Shown: one piece after another, positions 29,706-38,647 of the stretch | Position numbering within the stretch: the first letter of the stretch is position 1 | Layout: each line of letters begins with the position of its first letter | Source: Candidatus Bathyarchaeota archaeon | GTDB taxonomy: Archaea > Thermoproteota > Bathyarchaeia > TCS64 | NCBI GenBank assembly: GCA_963769425.1 | Contig: CAVYLP010000006.1 | Span: forward strand, 864,001 to 928,000 | Direction: 5' to 3' | Length of the DNA: 64,000 nucleotides | The notes under the pieces: model-generated | The model's database searches: none | What the model saw: only the letters and a program-made list of their open reading frames with translations | What the model was told of the DNA's origin: nothing | Program-made: the position numbers and the translations under genes

Positions 29706-29746
29706 GGGTGAAAGGGAAGTGGATCGAATCTATAAGATCAGCTAGT

Positions 29747-29965
29747 CTATCGAGCCGATGTAGCCGGTATCCTTTCCACCTTTACAATCGCTCTACTGAC
29801 ACCGGCAAGAGGAGGCAACAGATGGGATAGTGTTTGCTCGGCCGTGCATCGCCTAACTATTCCCTTAGAACTAGTCTCAAACCAACCATCTTTGTCTCTC
29901 TGAAAAGATTGCAGTACCCTTCCCTCTTTGTTAAGAAACTTGATTATGCATTCATCGTTCCTCAT
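29747..29965 (-). CDS. Small hypothetical protein (72 aa)
   Basis: MRNDECIIKF..TAEQTLSHLLPPLAG; GGTGAG SD-like motif upstream. Confidence 0.55.
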   Translation of the reverse strand: MRNDECIIKFLNKEGRVLQSFQRDKDGWFETSSKGIVRRCTAEQTLSHLLPPLAGVSRAIVKVERIPATSAR

Positions 29966-30215
29966 GAACTCACCAGCGCGTGCGAGTAGATTTCCCCCAG
30001 TTCCGCGTGTAACATAGCTTACCCAACTTGAGCGCATGCTGATAAAACCTTACTAGCGATCCAAGTTTGTACGCGCGTTTGTTCGTTTGTTTGTCAGATA
30101 TTGTGTTGGTTGGTACCAATATCATCACTGGTATGTGTTATAACATGGGGTTAGGCCTCGCAATCGAGGCGGAGCGGGGCTGGTCTTCGGATCGATCTTC
30201 GTATCAAGGAAGTAG

Positions 30216-31190
30216 CTAGTCGAAGGCGCTGACGACGGTGAGAGTTTCCCCCTTGCTGACAGAGTAGAAGCACCTCATCATACTAACGAGGCCGCTCTCG
30301 GGGGTCTTCGCGATCTGCACGACGTTTCCGAATAGATCGGTTACCCTACCTAACTCGTCACCTTTCTTTACCTCCTTATTGAGGTCAACTGAGGGATGCC
30401 AAGCGCCGCCCTCAGATGCGAGGACTCTGAGCCTCCTCCTACTCACTCTCTGAACCCGATACTTCGGCTCACCGCCTAGGATGCCCATGTGTCGGAGGAC
30501 GTTCATCACCCCCTCGACGTGGAAGCGGACAGCTTCCTCTCTAACCGGGTAGGGGGTGCCCGCCTCAGACATGATGCAGGGTATACCGTAGAGGCTCTGG
30601 GCGCTGAGGCTCATTCCCCCCGAAGCGGGGAAGATGTGGGTGAGGTCGCAGGGGAAGCAGGTGGCTAGTTTGAGGGACTCGGCGTTTAAGGCGGGGTCCT
30701 TACCCTCGGCGGCGACCATGAAGCCCTTTATGTCCTCATCTATGTCTCCGCCGTGGCAATCGACGAGTGCGTCGCACTTTGATGCGATCCCATCGAAGGC
30801 GGCGTGGGCAACCCTCTGTGTGAGGCTACCTGAGGCGTCGCCTGGGAAGACGCTGTTCAGGTTCAGCCTGTCGACGGGACTCGTGTACTGTGTCCTCTTC
30901 TCGAACTGGGATCTGTTGAGGATCGGGGTGGCGAGGACGGCTCCCCTCATCACGGAGGGGTCGAGTGAATGGATCACCCTAGTCACGGCTTCGACGCTTG
31001 CGAACTCCGTCCCATGCGTCCCCCCGAATAGGCCCAGAGTCTTTCCCGGAAGGACGCCGTTGATCACTGCTACAGGTATCCGGTAGTTGTCATCGCCAAC
31101 GTCAATGAATCCGGTCGACTTCTCACCGGGCGCAGCCACCGCGTTACCTATGCGGATGGGGGTCGCTCCGCCTGCTTTGCCTCGGATCAT
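30216..31190 (-). CDS. Succinylglutamate desuccinylase/aspartoacylase family (M14) protein
   Basis: GGTHGTE, NLNSVFPG, VDCHGG, SEAG; C-terminal barrel-sandwich hybrid domain. Confidence 0.88.
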   Translation of the reverse strand: MIRGKAGGATPIRIGNAVAAPGEKSTGFIDVGDDNYRIPVAVINGVLPGKTLGLFGGTHGTEFASVEAVTRVIHSLDPSVMRGAVLATPILNRSQFEKRTQYTSPVDRLNLNSVFPGDASGSLTQRVAHAAFDGIASKCDALVDCHGGDIDEDIKGFMVAAEGKDPALNAESLKLATCFPCDLTHIFPASGGMSLSAQSLYGIPCIMSEAGTPYPVREEAVRFHVEGVMNVLRHMGILGGEPKYRVQRVSRRRLRVLASEGGAWHPSVDLNKEVKKGDELGRVTDLFGNVVQIAKTPESGLVSMMRCFYSVSKGETLTVVSAFD

Positions 31191-31235
31191 CGATGGGAGA
31201 GTTGTGGCTACTACCTTTAAAACGATGGCTGATGG

Positions 31236-32684
31236 TCAGCCCTGTTTCGCTGCTTGGGCCTTCGCGACTTCAAGTGGTGGCCCGATGTCGTCGGGTATCG
31301 CGCATCGGTAGGTCCTTCCCTGCATCTTCTTGGCGTGCTCCTCCTTTGCCTTCGCCAGTAGCTCCGGCTTTGTGAGGAGATCGAGTGTTGCTCCAGCCAT
31401 CGTCTTCGCCGCGAAGATGAGGCTCTTGTGTCCTAGGCTCATCCCACTGCAAGCAACGGTTTGCCAGCTGTGGCCTGGGGCGCCGAGGACGAAGGCCGCC
31501 GTGCCGAATTCCATCGTTGGAGTTTGCCAGCTCACGTCTGAGACATCGGTGGATCCTCCCGAGACCTCGCCTTCGTTCCATGGGTCGAGGATGTCCGTCA
31601 CCATGTCTACGTCGAGATACTTTTCGTAGTTCGGTATCTTCGACTTTCTGAGGTTGTCGACCTTCTGCTCCTTGGGGAAGCTCTTGGCGACCTCCGCAGC
31701 GAAGGCCAGTTCATCCGGTGTGTAGTTGGGTGCCCCGATCTCTCTCATGTTGGAGACGACGACCTCGCTCAGGACCTTGCTGGGGAGAAGGTTGTAGACG
31801 CCCGTGAGGAACTCGACCTTGAGTGTTGTCTCGGTCATCATGGCCGCGCCCTCCGCTATCTTGAGGATTCGTGCGTAGATGTGGTCTACCTGGTCCCGCT
31901 CCGGGGCTCGTATGTAGTACCAGCTCCTCGCGTAGTCGGGGACGACGTTTGGTTGTCCTCCGCCCTCCTCTATGATGTAGTGGATGCGCGCCTTGTCGAT
32001 GACGTGCTCTCGTAGATAGTTGACGCCCACGTTCATCAGCTCGATAGCGTCCAGTGCACTCCTACCCTGCTCCGGTGAGCCCGCGGCGTGGCTCGTCTTT
32101 CCATAGTAGTGGAACTTGACGGAGTTGATGGCGGTGCTGCTGGATAGGCCAGCGGTGTTGATGGAGCCGGGGTGGTGGCTCAGGCATGCATCAACGCCCT
32201 TGAAGAGGCCCGCCCGCACCATGAAGACCTTGCCATCATAGTTCTCCTCCGCGGGACAGCCGTACATCTTGATGGTGCCCTTGATCCTCCCCTCCTTCAT
32301 CTCTTGCTGGATCGCTAAAGCAGCGGCTACAGCGGTGACGCCGTGAATGTTGTGACCGCATCCATGCCCCGGTGCGCCTTGCCTCAGGGGTTGTTTTATA
32401 GGCACTTTGTCGTTGCTTAGGCCGGGCAGAGCATCATATTCACCCATCAAGCCAATGGTGGGGCCAACACCATTGCTCCACGTCGCCGTGAAAGCGGTGG
32501 GCATCCCCGCTACACCATGCTTTAACTCAAAATCGTATTTCTCCAATTCGTTTGTGAGGAGTTTAGATGATTTCTCCTCCATGAGTCCAAGTTCGGCATA
32601 CCCCCAGACTTTGTCACTGAGCGATATGATCTGCTCAGAGTTAGTATCGATCCAGCCCCAAGCCTTCTGCTTCAAATTGGTCAC
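31236..32684 (-). CDS. M20 amidohydrolase (AbgB-like)
   Basis: GEYDALPG, GHGCGHN, GCPAEE, GSTDVSDVSW. Confidence 0.92.
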   Translation of the reverse strand: MTNLKQKAWGWIDTNSEQIISLSDKVWGYAELGLMEEKSSKLLTNELEKYDFELKHGVAGMPTAFTATWSNGVGPTIGLMGEYDALPGLSNDKVPIKQPLRQGAPGHGCGHNIHGVTAVAAALAIQQEMKEGRIKGTIKMYGCPAEENYDGKVFMVRAGLFKGVDACLSHHPGSINTAGLSSSTAINSVKFHYYGKTSHAAGSPEQGRSALDAIELMNVGVNYLREHVIDKARIHYIIEEGGGQPNVVPDYARSWYYIRAPERDQVDHIYARILKIAEGAAMMTETTLKVEFLTGVYNLLPSKVLSEVVVSNMREIGAPNYTPDELAFAAEVAKSFPKEQKVDNLRKSKIPNYEKYLDVDMVTDILDPWNEGEVSGGSTDVSDVSWQTPTMEFGTAAFVLGAPGHSWQTVACSGMSLGHKSLIFAAKTMAGATLDLLTKPELLAKAKEEHAKKMQGRTYRCAIPDDIGPPLEVAKAQAAKQG

Positions 32685-32911
32685 CGATGTTTGTGAAGCA
32701 GTTGTAGTCTGTTAAAACGTTACGCTGTGTTTGCATGTAGATGTATTAAAAAACATTCAGCGAACTTATGTGCCTAGGTTTGCGGGATGTTCGCGTAGGT
32801 AAGAAACTATTCGGAAAAAATAGAACTCACATCTCCCTACCATGAAAGCTTCTCACAGAACCTCCGATCCAAATGTTCATTTTAATAAACAACTCTTCCT
32901 GATGTTTCACC

Positions 32912-33796
32912 ATGCAAAAAATCACACCACATCTTTGGTACGATAAAGAAGCAAATGAGGCAGCCGAGCTCTACACCTCCATCTTCAAAGACGCGGAGAT
33001 CAAGAGCAGGCACATTCTTCATAACACCCCATCTGGCGACACGGACATGCTAACCATCGAGCTGCTGGGACAGGAATTCATGCTCATCAGCGCGGGCCCA
33101 TTCTTCAAGTTCAACCCATCCGTCTCGTTTCTCGTCTCCTGTAAGACAAAGGAGCAGGTCGATGAGTTCTGGAGAGGCCTCTCCCGTGGAAGCCGGGTGC
33201 TCATGAAGCTCGGCAAGTATCCTTTCAGCGAGAGATACGGGTGGGTGCAGGACAGGTACGGTCTCTCGTGGCAGCTGATGTCAACGAGGGGACGAGACTC
33301 GAAGCAGAGGATCACACCAACGATCATGTTCGCCGGCGACGTGTGTGGCAAGGCTGAGGAGGCCATCAACTTCTACACTTCGGTGTTCCACGACGCGAAG
33401 GTCGGGGACATTCTTCGCTATAGCAAGGGAATGGATCCTGACAAGGAGGAGACTGTGCAGCACGCCGCTTTCACCCTCGAGGGGCAGGAGTTCGCGGCAA
33501 TGGATAGCGCACGCGAACATATGTTCTCTTTCAACGAGGCCGTGTCATTTGTGGTCAAGTGTGAGACTCAGGCTGAGATGGATTACTACTGGGGGAAGCT
33601 ATCAGCCGATCCGAAGGCTGAGCAGTGCGGCTGGCTGAAGGATATGTACGGGCTCTCTTGGCAGATTGTTCCCACTGTGATGTCTAAGATGCTCATGGAT
33701 AAGGACGAGAGGAAGGTGGCGCGGGTTACCGAGGCGTTCCTCAAGATGAAGAAGTTCGATATTGCGGCTCTGGAGCGAGCATTCGAAGGAAAATAG
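32912..33796 (+). CDS. VOC/PhnB-like protein (two 3-demethylubiquinone-9 methyltransferase-type domains)
   Basis: MQKITPHLW; duplicated GWVQDRYGLSWQ / CGWLKDMYGLSWQ; MKKFDIA. Confidence 0.9.
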   Translation: MQKITPHLWYDKEANEAAELYTSIFKDAEIKSRHILHNTPSGDTDMLTIELLGQEFMLISAGPFFKFNPSVSFLVSCKTKEQVDEFWRGLSRGSRVLMKLGKYPFSERYGWVQDRYGLSWQLMSTRGRDSKQRITPTIMFAGDVCGKAEEAINFYTSVFHDAKVGDILRYSKGMDPDKEETVQHAAFTLEGQEFAAMDSAREHMFSFNEAVSFVVKCETQAEMDYYWGKLSADPKAEQCGWLKDMYGLSWQIVPTVMSKMLMDKDERKVARVTEAFLKMKKFDIAALERAFEGK

Positions 33797-33923
33797 CTGT
33801 AAAGGAAGTAAAAAATACGTGCTTATCTTAGGATTATTTTGAGGACTATGGCCAGATAGGACTAGGGTTGATTTTTACATCCTTTAATTTAACCAAGAAA
33901 ACCTTAAGGGTTCGGCTGTCCGT

Positions 33924-34517
33924 GTGCTGGGCTTAGTGAGCCGATTGGATGGGGTAGATCTCGTTTCTCTTCTTCTCTTATCCGTCGGGCTCTCGATTGA
34001 TGTTCTCTCAGTCTCCGCGGTGACGGGGTTCGGGTTGGGAAGGGTGAACCGTGGGCAGATGCTTCGCCTCGCGGTGACTTTCGGGGCGTTCCATGTCTTC
34101 ATGCCTATCCTTGGGTGGCTCGCTGGAGGTTCGTTAATTGCCCTCATCTCAGGGTATGATCATTGGGTCGCTTTCCTACTCCTCGCCTTCGTGGGGGGTA
34201 GGATGCTTTTAGAAGGGGTTAGGGGCGGCGAGAAAGTCGATCCTTCTGCAATCTTCGAATTAAGGAGCTTACTCCTCTTCAGTCTAGCCGTCAGTGTTGA
34301 TAGCATCGCAGTGGGATTGAGCTTCGGCATCGGAGGCGTCCCAATTGTGTTTCCTGCAGCGTTGATTGGGGCCACAGCCTTCGCCTTCACCATCGTCGGC
34401 GTGACGGTTGGATGCAGGGCGGGTCAGTCGCTGGGGAAGTGGTCACAGATCATAGGCGGCTTGATTCTGATCCTTATCGGCCTAAGGGTGCTGATAAGCC
34501 ACCTGATGGGTGGTTGA
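33924..34517 (+). CDS. mntP: MntP-family manganese efflux pump (start uncertain)
   Basis: GLSIDVLSVS, MPILGW, DHWVAFLLL, AVSVDSIAVG. Confidence 0.85.
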   Translation: MLGLVSRLDGVDLVSLLLLSVGLSIDVLSVSAVTGFGLGRVNRGQMLRLAVTFGAFHVFMPILGWLAGGSLIALISGYDHWVAFLLLAFVGGRMLLEGVRGGEKVDPSAIFELRSLLLFSLAVSVDSIAVGLSFGIGGVPIVFPAALIGATAFAFTIVGVTVGCRAGQSLGKWSQIIGGLILILIGLRVLISHLMGG

Positions 34518-34522
34518 GCCGG

Positions 34523-35962
34523 CTACTGTTGGGCCTTTTCGGCGGCGACCCTCGCTATCTCGAGTGGTGGCACGCAGTCTGCGGGTATCGGCGTCTTGTA
34601 GGTTCTACCCTTAAGACGCTCGGCGTGCTCGGCCTTTGCCTTCTTGAGTAGCTCGGGTTGGGTTATGAGGTCGAGGGCAGTGCCCGCGATTGTCTTGGCG
34701 GCGAAGTTGAGGCTCTTGTGGGCTACGCTGCTTCCGCTCATTGACACGAATTGCCAGCTGTGTCCCGGGGCGCCGAGGACGTTGAGGGTGGTGCCGAATT
34801 CGACGGTGGGGCATTTCCAGCTGACGTCGCCGACGTCGCTGCTGCCCGCCATTGCTTCGCCCTCGCCTGTGGGGTCGAGGATGTCGGTTGGTAGGTCTAC
34901 GTCGACGTATTTTTCCCAGTTCGGTATCTTGGATTTGCGGAGGCTGTCGACCTTCTGCTCCTTGGGGGTGTTTTTAGCGATCTCGGCGGCGAAGTCCAGC
35001 TCCTCCTTGGTGTATGTGGGTGCTCCGACTTCGCGCATGTTTTTGACGACTGTCTCGGCGACGGTCTTGTTGGGGATTATGTTGTAGAGACCGTCGATGA
35101 ACTCGACCTTGAGGGTGGTCTCCGTCATGAGGGCCGCGCCCTCTGCGATCTTGAGGATCCTGGCGTAGATGGGTTCTAGTTGGTCGCGTTCCGGTGCGCG
35201 TATGTAGTACCAGCTCCTCGCGTAGTCGGGGACCACGTTTGGCTGACCTCCTCCGGCCTCGATGACGTAGTGGACGCGTGCTTCCTGGATTATGTGCTCG
35301 CGGAGGTAGTTGACGCCGACGTTCATGAGCTCGATCGCGTCCAGGGCGCTCCTACCCTGCTCGGGGTTGGCGGCTGCGTGGCTGGTCTTGCCGTAGTAGT
35401 GGAACTTGACACCGTTGACGGCTGTGCTGCTTGATAGTCGGGCGGTGTTCATGCTGCTCGGGTGGTGACTCAGGCAGGCGTCCACGTCGTCGTAGTGGCC
35501 CTCCTTGACCATGAAGACCTTGCCCGCGTAGTTCTCCTCGGCGGGTGTACCGAAGAACTTCACTCGTGCGTTGATGTTGTCTGATTCAAGTTCGTAGCGG
35601 AGTGCTATTGCTCCGGCCATTCCGCTGACTCCGTGGACGTTGTGACCGCAACCATGACCCGCGTGACCTGGGGCTAAGGGCTCCTTCTGAGTGGAGACTT
35701 TCTGGCTGATTCCGGGTAGGGCGTCGAACTCGCCCTGGATTCCGATACAGGGTCCTCCCCTTCCCCACTCTGCTACGAAGGCGGTCGGCATCCCCGCGAT
35801 GCCTCTCTTGACTTTGAAGCCGTTCTTCTCCAGCTCGTCAGAGATTAGTTTGCTTGATCTGGTCTCCCAAAGTCCTAGCTCAGCATAGCCCCAGATCTGG
35901 TTGGCCATCTCAGCGAGGTGTTTCTGGTTTTCGTCTATCCATTTCCACGCGGTCTGTTTCAT
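34523..35962 (-). CDS. M20 amidohydrolase (AbgB-like)
   Basis: GEFDALPG, GHGCGHN, GTPAEE, GSSDVGDVSW; start refined to MKQTAWKW. Confidence 0.92.
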   Translation of the reverse strand: MKQTAWKWIDENQKHLAEMANQIWGYAELGLWETRSSKLISDELEKNGFKVKRGIAGMPTAFVAEWGRGGPCIGIQGEFDALPGISQKVSTQKEPLAPGHAGHGCGHNVHGVSGMAGAIALRYELESDNINARVKFFGTPAEENYAGKVFMVKEGHYDDVDACLSHHPSSMNTARLSSSTAVNGVKFHYYGKTSHAAANPEQGRSALDAIELMNVGVNYLREHIIQEARVHYVIEAGGGQPNVVPDYARSWYYIRAPERDQLEPIYARILKIAEGAALMTETTLKVEFIDGLYNIIPNKTVAETVVKNMREVGAPTYTKEELDFAAEIAKNTPKEQKVDSLRKSKIPNWEKYVDVDLPTDILDPTGEGEAMAGSSDVGDVSWKCPTVEFGTTLNVLGAPGHSWQFVSMSGSSVAHKSLNFAAKTIAGTALDLITQPELLKKAKAEHAERLKGRTYKTPIPADCVPPLEIARVAAEKAQQ

Positions 35963-36042
35963 GGGTTGTTGTGTGGGGTTTAGAGGTTTAAGATTGATGG
36001 GTTTCCATCGAATCAATCAATCCTTATTTTACTATTTTGATT

Positions 36043-36069
36043 AATTAGTAAATTGCTAATTTACTAATT
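36043..36069. repeat. Perfect 12-bp inverted repeat in an AT-rich tract
   Basis: AATTAGTAAATT-GCT-AATTTACTAATT. Confidence 0.75.
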
Positions 36070-36095
36070 TTATTAAATAGTATATTAGTTATGTT

Positions 36096-36222
36096 TTCCG
36101 GCCATTTCGCTGAACCCGTGGAGGTTGTAGCCGTAGTCATTACCGGCATGACTTGGAGCCAGTTGGTCCTTCTAGGTGAACCGTTTGGCTGATTCTATTA
36201 AGGGCGTCGAACTCGCCATTGG
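36096..36222 (-). pseudogene. Decayed internal fragment of an AbgB-like gene
   Basis: Reads NGEFDALNRISQTV / LAPSHAGNDYGYNLHGFSEMAG (with a frameshift), versus GEFDALPGISQKV..LAPGHAGHGCGHNVHGVSGMAG in the neighbouring gene. Confidence 0.7.
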
Positions 36223-36232
36223 AGATTCCTTA

Positions 36233-36441
36233 TTCCTAGTAGCTGGAACTTACTTCCTTGTAGCTGGTATGTCTTCTTCCCTGTGGCGGGTATTTTCTTC
36301 CTAGTAGCTGGAATTCAATTCCTAGTAGCTGGTATTGTCTTCTTCCATGTAGCTGGAACTTACTTCCTGGTAGCGGGTATTTTCTTCCTTGTAGCTGGTA
36401 GTTTCTTCCATGTAGCTAGGAATGGGATTCCTTGTAGCATA
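36233..36441. repeat. Degenerate tandem array, 10 copies of TTCCnnGTAGCTGG, ~21-bp period
   Basis: Copies start at 36233, 36254, 36277, 36298, 36319, 36343, 36364, 36385, 36406, 36428. Confidence 0.92.
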
Positions 36442-36561
36442 GGATAACGATTTTCCGCCGCGCCAAATCCTAGCAGCAGGTACAAGAATTGATGGCTTGC
36501 TGTCTATCAGTGTGAGATTAGGAACATAACGGTGGAGTTAGAGTTGTGGATTTTGATTTTG

Positions 36562-36783
36562 TTAGTAGGCGTGTTTGGTGTATTTTTCGTAGTGTTTGCG
36601 GATTATTTCCATGACTTTGTCGGTCTCTTCCTTGTTGTGGACCTTTTGGAATGTGACGGTGTGCTCCCAGGCCTTGGTCTTGGGGTCTACCTTGATTATC
36701 TTGACGTAGACCTGTAGGCCGAGTTTTCTGAGCTCGGCGATTATCTCGGTCTCCTGCTGCTTTACCTCAGGGGGGATGGACGT
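36562..36783 (-). CDS. Hypothetical 73-aa protein with an apparent ACG start (not in ORF track)
   Basis: (T/M)SIPPEVKQQETEIIAELRKLGLQVYVKIIKVDPKTKAWEHTVTFQKV..HAY*; AGGTGA SD 6 nt upstream; host-like codons. Confidence 0.6.
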   Translation of the reverse strand, partial: TSIPPEVKQQETEIIAELRKLGLQVYVKIIKVDPKTKAWEHTVTFQKVHNKEETDKVMEIIRKHYEKYTKHAY

Positions 36784-36821
36784 GTGTTTTCACCTAGGGT
36801 GTGATTGGTGTCCCTGGGCGG

Positions 36822-36953
36822 TTATTTCTTGTGCTTGTAGCCGGCGGGGAGGCTTACTGCTTTGCGCTCTTTTGTTGCCTTCTTCTTGGCTCTGACTAGC
36901 TCGTTGTGTTTCTTGACGCCGTCGATCTTGTCCTGCTTGCTCTTTGTGGGCAT
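36822..36953 (-). CDS. Small Lys-rich protein, 43 aa (not in ORF track)
   Basis: MPTKSKQDKIDGVKKHNELVRAKKKATKERKAVSLPAGYKHKK*; TATA-like CTATAAG about 35 bp upstream. Confidence 0.6.
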   Translation of the reverse strand: MPTKSKQDKIDGVKKHNELVRAKKKATKERKAVSLPAGYKHKK

Positions 36954-37094
36954 GGTTGTTCTGCCCTTGCTGGGTGTTGGTTCGCCTTATAGGTATGGTT
37001 TTATGGGGGTACTTAGAAGACCTGGATATCGCTGCACTAAATATCCTGAAAGAAACTCCTATGTCTCACCCATTGGGAGATGTATACATAGACA

Positions 37095-37325
37095 ATGACC
37101 CGAAACGTGACCATTTCAACTAGGGTACCGTCGCAACTCAAATCCAAGATTAAGAAATACCGTTTAAACATGTCCAATATAATTAGGCAGGCACTAGAGT
37201 TAGAGGTAGCTAAGGCAGAGACAGAGAAACTCGACACCATGCTAGAGAAACTCAGCCCCGCCCTCAACCGAATAGACATCGATTCCGCGATAACGGGCAT
37301 CAGAAACGACAGAAACCACCGTTAA
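37095..37325 (+). CDS. VapB/CcdA-like RHH antitoxin (orphan)
   Basis: TISTRVPSQLKSKIKKYRLNMSNIIRQALELEV..IRNDR matches the archaeal antitoxin pattern; no toxin ORF downstream. Confidence 0.75.
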   Translation: MTRNVTISTRVPSQLKSKIKKYRLNMSNIIRQALELEVAKAETEKLDTMLEKLSPALNRIDIDSAITGIRNDRNHR

Positions 37326-37491
37326 AATGAGGGTCCACGAAACCGTGAACCCCTTACCCCACCCGGACATTCCGACCTAAGTCGGCTGGGCTTTCGCCCA
37401 AGAAACCATCCCATCTACACTTTTTAAAGATTACCGAAGCAAAACCTTTACTTGAAGCCGTAGACCCCCTGGCGCGCGCATTGTAGCGAGG

Positions 37492-37554
37492 GAAAAAGGA
37501 GCTGTTTTCATGTCTCCCTTGTACCCTGTAGGGGGTATAAGAGAAAAAAAGGTC
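37492..37554 (+). repeat. Left copy of an imperfect ~65-bp inverted repeat
   Basis: GAAAAAGGAGCTGTTTTCATGTCTCCCTTGTACCCTGTAGGGGGTATAAGAGAAAAAAAGGTC; its reverse complement matches 50661-50727. Confidence 0.8.
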
Positions 37555-37596
37555 TTGTAGCTTGTCCGTTATGGTGTAAAATGGTCATAAATCTGC

Positions 37597-37740
37597 TTAT
37601 CGGATTTGGGGGCAATCCGAGGCGTAACACCTACCTCTTAACCTCTTACAGTAGCCGCCCTTCTCAAACCTGCAGACCTGACTCAGCCTCTCAAAACTCA
37701 CCCTTATCCTCGCTCCACCTGATTGTGTGCCGAGGATCAT
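37597..37740 (-). CDS. Small Cys-rich hypothetical protein (47 aa)
   Basis: MILGTQ..CRFEKGGYCKRLRGRCYASDCP; starts 8 bp after the upstream stop. Confidence 0.45.
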   Translation of the reverse strand: MILGTQSGGARIRVSFERLSQVCRFEKGGYCKRLRGRCYASDCPQIR

Positions 37741-37747
37741 AACTAAT

Positions 37748-38557
37748 TCAGAGGAATGTTTTAGGCTCTTTTCTGTCGCCATGTTGCGTAGACAGCCATT
37801 TTGCTACACGAAGTAAAGGCTCATGCTCCCAGCGCCTAGCTCCAGTTGGACAGCCCTGAATACAAGCACTACATAGGATACACTTCTCAACCTCAGTCTT
37901 CACTACATCAGAAACCTCAACACACCCCGTCGGACAAACACTCGCGCACACACCACACAGGTTACAAGTCCCTGCATCTGTGACCGGGTGTGCACCAGCG
38001 CGGATCGCCACTGTTCGAGTCCGAGTATTCTCAGAATAGGGATAATTACCCGGTACCATCAAAACTGGAAACTCATCAAGGCTCTTCACTTTTCCCAGGA
38101 TTTGTAATCCGAATTCATGTGCTTTCTTGAGATCCAACTCATCGGGTCTTCCAGCTCCGATGGGCGTCTTCTCAGTGCTGAAACTATGTTGACCAATGAA
38201 GGCAGCACCAGCTACCGGCGTGAAACCCTGCTCCTTAATGGTGTCGTTTAACTCGAGTAGTGAATCCTCAAAGTCTCTGTTTCCATACATTACAACGAGT
38301 ACGGCTGGAGTTTTATCTCCCTTGACCATTTTAAGTCGGTTGATTACGGTTGTGGGAACTCGTCCTTCGTAGGTTGGTGTCGAAAATATCGCGAGTTCGT
38401 CTCTTCCCAGTCGATAGTGCTGGTTGGTGTTCCGGGGGGTAAGATCAATAGTGTTGGTAACCAGTTTCATCGCTGAAGCAATTTCTTTGACTATTTTCTT
38501 TCCGGTTCCAGTTGGGGAGAAGTAGACCAGATTTACCTTAGTTATATTCAAAGTCAT
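37748..38557 (-). CDS. EFR1-family flavodoxin/4Fe-4S ferredoxin fusion
   Basis: YFSPTGTG, YGNRDFED, two CxxCxxCxxxCP motifs. Confidence 0.88.
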   Translation of the reverse strand: MTLNITKVNLVYFSPTGTGKKIVKEIASAMKLVTNTIDLTPRNTNQHYRLGRDELAIFSTPTYEGRVPTTVINRLKMVKGDKTPAVLVVMYGNRDFEDSLLELNDTIKEQGFTPVAGAAFIGQHSFSTEKTPIGAGRPDELDLKKAHEFGLQILGKVKSLDEFPVLMVPGNYPYSENTRTRTVAIRAGAHPVTDAGTCNLCGVCASVCPTGCVEVSDVVKTEVEKCILCSACIQGCPTGARRWEHEPLLRVAKWLSTQHGDRKEPKTFL

Positions 38558-38647
38558 TATTTAAAGGAATGAACGCGTAGAAAGGCCTTTTTGCTTTGAA
38601 CAAATCGAGAGCACGCGCACACGTCGCCATAATTCCAGATATGGAAA

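Noticed and set aside
36233-36441. CRISPR array
   Set aside because: The variable parts are only 7-10 nt and recur between units; no unique 30-40 nt spacers and no cas operon
36532-37098. + strand hydrophobic ORFs 36532-36717 and 36862-37098
   Set aside because: Antisense to two small minus-strand ORFs that have better codon usage and SD/TATA signals
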